Shown here in pieces: positions 9,804 to 16,124 of a stretch of DNA of 30,698 bases. The translations under genes were made by a program, and so were the position numbers. Below the pieces are notes generated by a model, which saw nothing but the letters and a program-made list of their open reading frames with translations, did no database searches and had not been told where the DNA came from. Origin of the DNA: Thermoprotei archaeon. GTDB lineage: Archaea > Thermoproteota > Thermoprotei_A > Sulfolobales > Ignisphaeraceae. The stretch covers positions 1-30,698 of the forward strand of contig QMWY01000001.1 of NCBI GenBank assembly GCA_003661865.1, given 5' to 3'. Position 1 is the first letter of the stretch, and each line of letters starts with the position of its first letter.

Positions 9804-10097
9804 CTACCTAGGCAATCCCCTCTCAAGTATATCCCGAGCGTTGTGCCCCTCGGCAAGCCTAACATAAGCCTTTTTGAGCCCCTGCCGATCGATCATGGTG
9901 TTCACCTTAACCACCTTAACCCCGTAGAGCTTCTCCACAGCCTCCTTTATCATTCTCTTATTGGCGCTTCTATCCACTATCAGCGTTAAGTAGTTCTGCC
10001 TCTCCGCCAGCCAGTACGCCTTCTCGGTTGTTACGAGCCTAACTATGATCTTGGAGAGCTTCTCGAGCTCTGCAGTACTAGGCTCGAACGAGCTCAT
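9804..10097 (-). CDS. rpl23p: 50S ribosomal protein uL23
   Basis: TTEKA, NYLTLIVDRSANK, VVKVNT, KKAYVRL. Confidence 0.96.
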   Translation of the reverse strand: MSSFEPSTAELEKLSKIIVRLVTTEKAYWLAERQNYLTLIVDRSANKRMIKEAVEKLYGVKVVKVNTMIDRQGLKKAYVRLAEGHNARDILERGLPR

Positions 10098-10927
10098 GGC
10101 CTTCTCACCACGTATAGCTCACCTAGGGTCTCGATGGCCTGTCTAGTTGCTACGAGGAGCCTACCCGGCACACCTCCGGGTGCAAGCTGCAGGATGTTTA
10201 GAGTTCTGGGGGTAGTGTAGTCAACGCCGGGGAGATTCGCAACTGCGCGCGTAACAGGTACGTGGACATCGCTGAGCATGAAGAGTATGCTCTTTGGCGT
10301 CACGTATCTCCGGCCACGCATCTTGCCCTTACCCGCTCTTATTCTCGTCCTCAGCTGGGCCCTTTCAACATCCCTCCATAGCCCTAGTTTCTGCAGCACC
10401 TCTCTAACCTGCCTAACCCTACTTAGCCTCTCAAACTCATCCACAACAACTATGGGGACCTCTAACCCCTCGGGCACCAAGTGCCCCCTTGACACGACAA
10501 AGCTACGCTTAGCTGATGCCGCGAGAGCTGAGAGTATCGCCAGCTTCATCTCCTTCCAGTTGATCTCCTCATGTATCCTGCGCAGCGGTGTCGGCGCGAA
10601 TTGCCTCCGCCCACCCCGGACATTAGGGGCGAAGACGGCCCGTCCATTCCATAGCCTAGGCAGCCTTGCCACACCGTGGCCTATCCCCCAGTAATGGCCA
10701 CACCTCCTCTTACCGGCAAGCGGGTCTCGACCCTTTGGCTGTATGCGTGCTGTATGCGCTGAGTGGAACGCCCTTCTGATCAGATCTATCCTTACGGGAA
10801 GCCCGAAGATGCTTGGCAACCTGATGTTTCCGACAACGCTTCCGTCAAGAGACAAGACAGGCACTTCTTTAGGCTCTTCAACAACTAGGGTTACGTACTC
10901 GAATACCGGCGTCTCCATACCCATCAC
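10094..10927 (-). CDS. rpl4p: 50S ribosomal protein uL4
   Basis: VRIDLIRRA, QPKGRDPLAG, GHGVARLPR, RAGKGKMRGRRY, LAPGGVPGRL. Confidence 0.97.
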   Translation of the reverse strand: MMGMETPVFEYVTLVVEEPKEVPVLSLDGSVVGNIRLPSIFGLPVRIDLIRRAFHSAHTARIQPKGRDPLAGKRRCGHYWGIGHGVARLPRLWNGRAVFAPNVRGGRRQFAPTPLRRIHEEINWKEMKLAILSALAASAKRSFVVSRGHLVPEGLEVPIVVVDEFERLSRVRQVREVLQKLGLWRDVERAQLRTRIRAGKGKMRGRRYVTPKSILFMLSDVHVPVTRAVANLPGVDYTTPRTLNILQLAPGGVPGRLLVATRQAIETLGELYVVRRP

Positions 10928-11949
10928 CCCGCCACCTTACTCTCGAGGCTTACATACACGATCTTAGGCGGCTGCTGGGGTACGTTAAGGGATGGCCTTA
11001 TTGCCCACCTAAGCACTATGGGTCTCTTCGGAGGCCCCATAACAGTGCCTTGCAGCATTATCCATGTACTCCTAACCACTCCGTAATGCGGGAACCCTCC
11101 TGCAGGTGTAATCTCAAAGCCGTTGTGCCCTATCTTCAGTATCCTCTTGTTGTACTCCGTCCGCCGGTGGAAGCCCATCTGCCCCGCCTGAGGCACCTCC
11201 GATACAGCTCCTATAGTTGGGCTCCTTGAGCCTACACGCCTACTACCCTTTCTATGCTTGTGCCACCTTGGAAGCTCCTTCACCCCGAACCTCTTAACTA
11301 CTCCTTGAAAGCCCTTGCCCTTCGTAACCCCTATAACATCTACCAGCTGCCCCTCCCTAAACACGTCCTCAACCCTGATCACGCGTCCCAGTATCTTAAG
11401 GGCGTAATCTAGCTGCTCCTCAATGCTACCGCCACCAATAGCTATCTCGAGGAGGTCCGGCTTCTTCTTACTGAGCCCGCCTACGAGCTTAGGCTGCGAA
11501 GCTGCTACTATGGATACACGTGCTATCTTATCGATGTTATCCCTAAGCCACTTTTCACGGGCCTCTCTATTCTTGGTAGGTGAGTATGTGGGTATCTTAC
11601 GCCATATCTCCAGCTCCTTGGGCGCCTCTACCCAGAGGTCGCCAAGGGTTAGGTAGCCATACCCTGGCACTAACCTGTAGACGCGTATAGCTAGAGGTAC
11701 CATTGGTGGCGCCTCCAGTATGGTTACGGGGGCGAATATCTCCTTGCCATACGTTGGGGTGTTTGGCCTATCATCGATCATGATTACGTGCGTCATCCCG
11801 GCCTTGTACGCTAGGAACCCGAGAGGCTGAGGCTTCTCCAGCACTACCTCTGGCCAAGACTTAACCCTGGGTACTAGCCTCGATGCCCTCTTCCTAGGCC
11901 TGAACCCCAAACTACCCCTTCTAGGAGCATTAGTCTTCCTATGCGCCAT
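10924..11949 (-). CDS. rpl3p: 50S ribosomal protein uL3
   Basis: PRRGSLGFRPRKRA, YKAGMTH, GVTKGKGFQGVVKRFG, PQAGQMGFHRRTEYNKRI. Confidence 0.98.
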   Translation of the reverse strand: MAHRKTNAPRRGSLGFRPRKRASRLVPRVKSWPEVVLEKPQPLGFLAYKAGMTHVIMIDDRPNTPTYGKEIFAPVTILEAPPMVPLAIRVYRLVPGYGYLTLGDLWVEAPKELEIWRKIPTYSPTKNREAREKWLRDNIDKIARVSIVAASQPKLVGGLSKKKPDLLEIAIGGGSIEEQLDYALKILGRVIRVEDVFREGQLVDVIGVTKGKGFQGVVKRFGVKELPRWHKHRKGSRRVGSRSPTIGAVSEVPQAGQMGFHRRTEYNKRILKIGHNGFEITPAGGFPHYGVVRSTWIMLQGTVMGPPKRPIVLRWAIRPSLNVPQQPPKIVYVSLESKVAG

Positions 11950-11993
11950 CGACAGCCCCTCTTCTAGACCGCCTTTGGATAGAGGGACTGAGG

Positions 11994-12000
11994 TTTATAT
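11994..12000 (-). promoter_or_regulatory. Probable TATA box for rpl3-rpl4-rpl23-rpl2
   Basis: ATATAAA on the minus strand, about 45 nt upstream of the rpl3 ATG, within the 98-nt gap after the SPOUT gene. Confidence 0.45.
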
Positions 12001-12047
12001 TGTTCACGGCTCTGTCCTTGGCTTCCAAAACCGATGGTGAACCCGCC

Positions 12048-12911
12048 CTACCGATAAAGGATGCAAGCTGCGTTAACCACAGCACTCAGCGTTATGTAGA
12101 CTGCTTCGGTTGTTCTTATGCTTCGCACACCCTGGCAGGGCGCCGTATTTAACCACAGCTCCTCGGCTTCAATGCTCTTCAAGACCTCGCTAAGCTCCTT
12201 ACCCTCTGTACTCACTATCTCATCGGGATCCAGGGTTGGCGAGCCCAAGAGCACGCATAGCGATCTAGAGCGAAGCAGCCTGCTAGCCGTGCTGCGGGTC
12301 AATGGTGCGCCTCTTCTCGACGATACGATCACGAGCTTATTCCTACAGAACCTCCCGACACCCTCAACCAAGCTGCTTACAAATAGTAGCTCAGGTCCTT
12401 TATAGAATCCTTTAGGCGGCGTATCCGCTAATATACATTTCAAGGGATTCAGGGAGACTACCTTGAAGAGGTGAACGCCCTCTCTGCACTCATCCACTAC
12501 AATGCAACGCCTTTTAACGCCTATATAGGCGAAGGGGCACCTCATGACCACCCCATATCTCAATTCACCGACTCTAGCTTCTCGTGACACAGAGTGAGGC
12601 GGTATTGCTAGTGGAGGCGCTACCCCTACAGCCCTCAGCGGAGCCATTAGCGGAGCCAGCATCTTCCTTAGGTAGGGAGGGGTTAGCAGATATCTGCCAA
12701 CGGCCCTGAACACCTCCTCATCCTTAGGATCGGCATCGGGATCACGGTAGACCACCAGATTCCTTACGCGAAAAATCGAAACAGCCCTTAACACGGCCCA
12801 TACAGCTAGCGTTTTGAGTTCGAGGCTATGTTCTGTTCCGAGTACGGATACAGGTACGAAAACTGTGAGGTCTAGGTCTACACAACCCTCCTCACAGCTA
12901 CTAGAACTCAC
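12048..12911 (-). CDS. SPOUT-family RNA methyltransferase (SPOUT1/DUF171-like, rpl3-associated)
   Basis: RAVSIFRV..LVVY, YLLTPPYLRK, GVAPPLAIPPH, LLGSP, NTAPCQGVRSIRTTEAV. Canonical position upstream of rpl3. Confidence 0.9.
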   Translation of the reverse strand: MSSSSCEEGCVDLDLTVFVPVSVLGTEHSLELKTLAVWAVLRAVSIFRVRNLVVYRDPDADPKDEEVFRAVGRYLLTPPYLRKMLAPLMAPLRAVGVAPPLAIPPHSVSREARVGELRYGVVMRCPFAYIGVKRRCIVVDECREGVHLFKVVSLNPLKCILADTPPKGFYKGPELLFVSSLVEGVGRFCRNKLVIVSSRRGAPLTRSTASRLLRSRSLCVLLGSPTLDPDEIVSTEGKELSEVLKSIEAEELWLNTAPCQGVRSIRTTEAVYITLSAVVNAACILYR

Positions 12912-13006
12912 CTCTTCCTCTTACCCTTGCTCTTTTCCTGGCTACGCCCCTGCTGCTCAGGTTTTCCACTCTCCCAAAATAGGGTAGTCCTCTGCCTGCC
13001 ACCCAT
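12908..13006 (-). CDS. Candidate 32-aa small basic protein (not in the ORF track)
   Basis: MGGRQRTTLFWESGKPEQQGRSQEKSKGKRKR. GGTGG SD 5 nt upstream of the ATG. Its TGA overlaps the SPOUT GTG start (GTGA coupling). Confidence 0.5.
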   Translation of the reverse strand: MGGRQRTTLFWESGKPEQQGRSQEKSKGKRKR

Positions 13007-13074
13007 GCCAACCACCGCGCTCTGGATCTGAACCGCAGCGCTAATAAGCTAACGCAGAGACATGGTCAAGATGG

Positions 13075-13123
13075 ATGCTGAATTTGCCGAGTTCTGAGAG
13101 TGTGATGAGCCCCTCACCTCTGA
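13075..13123 (+). ncRNA. C/D-box sRNA (2'-O-methylation guide)
   Basis: C ATGCTGA (13075-81), guide ATTTGCCGAGTT, D' CTGA (13094-97), C' GTGATGA (13102-08), guide GCCCCTCACCT, D CTGA (13120-23). The guides are antisense to AACUCGGCAAAU and GGUGAGGGGC, which I recall as conserved archaeal 23S and 16S segments. Confidence 0.85.
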
Positions 13124-13170
13124 GCTTCTAACCCGTTTCCTGAGCTACGGACTGTTTCAAGCGGATCTGC

Positions 13171-13218
13171 TCAGTAGGTTTTCCATCATCATCCTTCAGC
13201 GTTTGCACCCCTCATCAT
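13171..13218 (-). ncRNA. C/D-box sRNA (2'-O-methylation guide)
   Basis: Perfect boxes: C ATGATGA (13218-12), guide GGGGTGCAAACG, D' CTGA, AGG spacer, C' ATGATGA (13192-86), guide TGGAAAACCTA, D CTGA (13174-71). Confidence 0.88.
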
Positions 13219-13264
13219 GTACCTTTAAAACAGCTACGCAGCCCTCTATACTAGGTGTTACACG

Positions 13265-13504
13265 TTGAACATTACTCTTTACCTCGTATCGTTTAGCGAT
13301 GAACTTGTATCACGTATAGTCGCCGCTATAGAGAGAGATCTAAAGCTCAAGGTAAAGAACTTTAGAAGCGCGGTGGTACCAGAGTTCAGAAGGATAGTGT
13401 TCGAGGTCACAGACACGGATGTAAACTATGTTAGGAGGAGAATCGAGGAGATAGTGTCTAAGGAGCTAGGCGATTCATGGTATAAGATCGAGGTGGAGGT
13501 TTGA
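13265..13504 (+). CDS. Small hypothetical protein (ACT/ferredoxin-like beta-alpha-beta-beta-alpha-beta pattern)
   Basis: 79-aa ORF with a TTG start and TTTAAAA at 13224-30 upstream. The fold is guessed from the hydrophobic pattern only. Confidence 0.65.
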   Translation: MNITLYLVSFSDELVSRIVAAIERDLKLKVKNFRSAVVPEFRRIVFEVTDTDVNYVRRRIEEIVSKELGDSWYKIEVEV

Positions 13505-13528
13505 GCATGCACAGGTGATTAGGTAGCT

Positions 13529-13702
13529 TTAGAGCACGTAGCCCTTCCTTGCAAATGCATAGAGCAGCGAAGAGCCTAGAAGTACCAGTAATGCAATAGC
13601 TAGGTCTAGGACCCCGCGCCTTTCGATCAGCGTTACAACAACGTTTATCAGAGATAGTACAACAAGAGCCTTTATGTAAACGCCAACAACGCTTCTCACC
13701 AT
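13529..13702 (-). CDS. Small two-TM membrane protein downstream of cedA (CedA2-like by position)
   Basis: Two hydrophobic segments (VVGVYIKALVVLSLINVVVTLI; VLDLAIALLVLLGSSLLYAFA). ATG at 13702 follows GGTGGAGG and overlaps the cedA stop. Confidence 0.6.
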   Translation of the reverse strand: MVRSVVGVYIKALVVLSLINVVVTLIERRGVLDLAIALLVLLGSSLLYAFARKGYVL

Positions 13703-15063
13703 AGCCTCCACCTAGCTACGGAACTAGCGATCGCGCGTGCAAGCCCGTAGGAGATGCCGAGCAGAATAGCCAAGTAGCTCGTGGGTCCTATGAGGAGCGC
13801 ATAGAACATAAGCATGAGCCTGGCGATAGAATCCCAAGCTTGAATTACTATATCGCTGTTGCTAAACGGATTTGGGAGTAGACGTGTTATCGACTCTAAG
13901 ATCGTGGCTCCCTCGCTAATGCTGAACTGCACAGCAACTCTATGAACACCCCTTGCTAACCGCACGGAGTACGTAGCACCTGCGATATTACGCCAGTACC
14001 ATCCGTACTCTTTATGAAGGGCTACTCTAGTACCATCAACCGTTACGTTACGTATAATGGTCCGCGAAGGCACATCGATATACATGGTGCAGCCCTCATC
14101 ATTTACACACTCGGCAGTGATGACCAAGCTGTTGGAGCCCTCGTCCACACCTGCTATCCGTAGATCGGTTGTTGCATGCACAGCTATGTGCTGGCTAGAG
14201 AAGACCAGCCCCGGGACCTTGATCGTGACCTTGCACAGCCCTAGCCTAGACCCCAACGAATTATCCTCGCAGATCTCGCTTAGCATCCTCACCTTAATGC
14301 CCGTGTAGTATAGGTGACCAGGTGCCTCAACGAGAACCTCGTAGTTATCACACCCTCCCTGTTCACTAACCACCATAACAAACCTTCCTCCACGGATCTG
14401 CGAGTACCTCGTAATACCGCATGCCTTAAGAACTACATAGCCGTATTCTACGGTACCTCCACGCGCCTTAACCTCACCACTAAGCATGTATGTACCCACT
14501 TCAGTACTGAAGGAGGATAGGAATATTGTTGATAGGTAGGAGGGGTATAGAGGAAGTGCTATGAAGAACACCAGCGCTACCGCTAGCATAGTTGCGCCTA
14601 CCCCCCGTGCAATTCTAAAGGGTATCGACATGAGCGCTATGCCTAGAGATGCTATGATCTGATAGTTGTACTTGATCACGAGTGCTACGAAGAGAAGCAG
14701 AGCATTCGCAGTGACCATCGCCGAGAACTTCCAGGCTATAGGCGCTAGGAAATTTGCGTTGAACACAGTCGCGATTGCCATAATCGCTGCTGCTGTATAC
14801 CCAAGGAGTAAGACCAGGTTCTGCTGGAAGGACATGAAGCTCCCCCAGTCGGCTCCCAGCAGGTGCTGGATGTAGCTAGCAGCTGACATGATGACCCTAA
14901 ATGTTAGAGCTAGCACCATGACTAAGATACCGTCGCTCATAAGCCTTGGTCCCCACTTCTTAACACCAGTGAAGGGTATTGGTAACGCTAGTATGAGAAC
15001 ACCTATGTAGAAGCTTAGGATTGCCAGGTAGTAAGCTATTACAAGATAGGGTATCCCCGGCAA
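13696..15063 (-). CDS. cedA: CedA, multi-pass membrane subunit of the crenarchaeal DNA-import (Ced) system, with a large soluble insertion
   Basis: GVLILALPIPFTGVKKWGPRLMSD N-terminal signature as recalled for CedA. About 6 N-terminal TMs plus a C-terminal TM. Directly downstream of cedA1. TTG start with GGAGG SD. Confidence 0.85.
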   Translation of the reverse strand: MPGIPYLVIAYYLAILSFYIGVLILALPIPFTGVKKWGPRLMSDGILVMVLALTFRVIMSAASYIQHLLGADWGSFMSFQQNLVLLLGYTAAAIMAIATVFNANFLAPIAWKFSAMVTANALLLFVALVIKYNYQIIASLGIALMSIPFRIARGVGATMLAVALVFFIALPLYPSYLSTIFLSSFSTEVGTYMLSGEVKARGGTVEYGYVVLKACGITRYSQIRGGRFVMVVSEQGGCDNYEVLVEAPGHLYYTGIKVRMLSEICEDNSLGSRLGLCKVTIKVPGLVFSSQHIAVHATTDLRIAGVDEGSNSLVITAECVNDEGCTMYIDVPSRTIIRNVTVDGTRVALHKEYGWYWRNIAGATYSVRLARGVHRVAVQFSISEGATILESITRLLPNPFSNSDIVIQAWDSIARLMLMFYALLIGPTSYLAILLGISYGLARAIASSVARWRLW

Positions 15064-15074
15064 CGCCGTCCTCC

Positions 15075-15347
15075 CTAAGGCAGTTGTGGATTTGGAGGTG
15101 GTGGGAATGCCTCTCCTATAGCGCTGGCTATGTAGCTAATGAACCAGAACACTGTAGAGCCTATAGCTAGCCAGAATGCTGCCCATACAGCATCCTCTAC
15201 AAACCCCTGTCCGATCCTTCTAACCTTAGAGAACGGTATGGGCGAGCCTTTAATAGACCAGCCAATTAGCCATGTAAGGAAGAAGACGAACCATGCGATC
15301 GCAACTACCTTAGCTATCAGGTCTCTTATAAACTCCACGAGCTCCAT
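15075..15347 (-). CDS. cedA1: CedA1, conjugative-pilin-like subunit of the Ced system
   Basis: 90 aa, two TM helices, IAW..F.LTWLIGWSIKGSPIPFSKVRRIGQGFVEDAVWAAFWLAIGSTVF signature. Confidence 0.88.
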   Translation of the reverse strand: MELVEFIRDLIAKVVAIAWFVFFLTWLIGWSIKGSPIPFSKVRRIGQGFVEDAVWAAFWLAIGSTVFWFISYIASAIGEAFPPPPNPQLP

Positions 15348-15376
15348 ACAGCCAACCCCTAATACCCCGAGACATT

Positions 15377-15384
15377 ATTTAAAA
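15377..15384. promoter_or_regulatory. Shared TATA box between cedA1 and the acetyltransferase gene
   Basis: ATTTAAAA reads as a TATA box on both strands. It is 30 nt from the cedA1 ATG (leaderless spacing) and about 35-50 nt from the acetyltransferase start. Confidence 0.5.
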
Positions 15385-15435
15385 CGTGTGTTAGCCATGT
15401 ACATTGGTAGGCGGGCTATGGTTAAAGGGGTAGTC

Positions 15436-16116
15436 ATGCGTAACGCCTTGATTTTTGGGCGCAGCTTCATAGATGAGGGCGCGTTCATCGACAGCAATGT
15501 TGTTGTGGGATACCCGAGGCAACGTATCCTCCTAAAGCTGATTGGGGAGAGGCGTCAGGACTACGTAGAGCTCATAGATGAGCTTAGCGAGGGCGCTTCG
15601 ATAGGGTCTAGAACGGTTGTAAGGTTCGGAACGGTGATCTACGAAGGCGTGATGATAGGTAGGGGCGTGAGGATTGGACACAACGTGCTTATCCGTGAGG
15701 ACAGCATAGTTGAGGATAATACCGTTATAGGAAGCTATGCAGTTCTAGATGGTCCCGTACACGTAGGTACTGGAACGTCTATACAGACCGGGGTGTACAT
15801 ACCCGGAGGTGTAAGGATAGGTAGGAATGTTTTCATAGGTCCCCGAGCTGTGTTCACAAACGATGTCTATCCCCCTAGCAGACGGTTAGTAGAGACCGTA
15901 GTTGAGGATGGAGCTGTGATAGGCGCTAACGCAACCATAGTGGCTGGCGTGGTAATAGGGAAGAGGGCTGTAGTTGCAGCTGGTGCAGTAGTTGTTAGGA
16001 GTGTACCTCCGGAAACCGTTGTAGCAGGAGTGCCGGCACGGCCCATATCTACGCGTGAAGAGTACGAGGAGAAGAAGAAGCGTTATGAAGAGTCTAGCGG
16101 TTTTCCATTAAGATAA
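15436..16116 (+). CDS. Hexapeptide-repeat (left-handed beta-helix) acetyltransferase
   Basis: Many [LIV]-G-x4 repeats, VFTNDVYPP, VVAGVPARPI. The ORF-track start at 15139 runs antisense into cedA1. ATG 15436 (or 15418) is more plausible. Confidence 0.88.
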   Translation: MRNALIFGRSFIDEGAFIDSNVVVGYPRQRILLKLIGERRQDYVELIDELSEGASIGSRTVVRFGTVIYEGVMIGRGVRIGHNVLIREDSIVEDNTVIGSYAVLDGPVHVGTGTSIQTGVYIPGGVRIGRNVFIGPRAVFTNDVYPPSRRLVETVVEDGAVIGANATIVAGVVIGKRAVVAAGAVVVRSVPPETVVAGVPARPISTREEYEEKKKRYEESSGFPLR

Positions 16117-16124
16117 CCCTTCCC

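Noticed and set aside
12034-12075. C-box-like ATGGTGA followed by an 11-nt segment and CCGA
   Set aside because: No convincing C' box or terminal D box follows.
12095-12125. SPOUT motif RTTEA versus the more usual RTEEA
   Set aside because: A single substitution. I cannot judge family variability without an alignment.
15139-15435. Long N-terminal extension of the acetyltransferase ORF; similarly 23073-23204 for PCNA
   Set aside because: The extensions run antisense over cedA1 or the AbrB gene and cross promoters. Downstream starts have proper SD motifs and give normal lengths.
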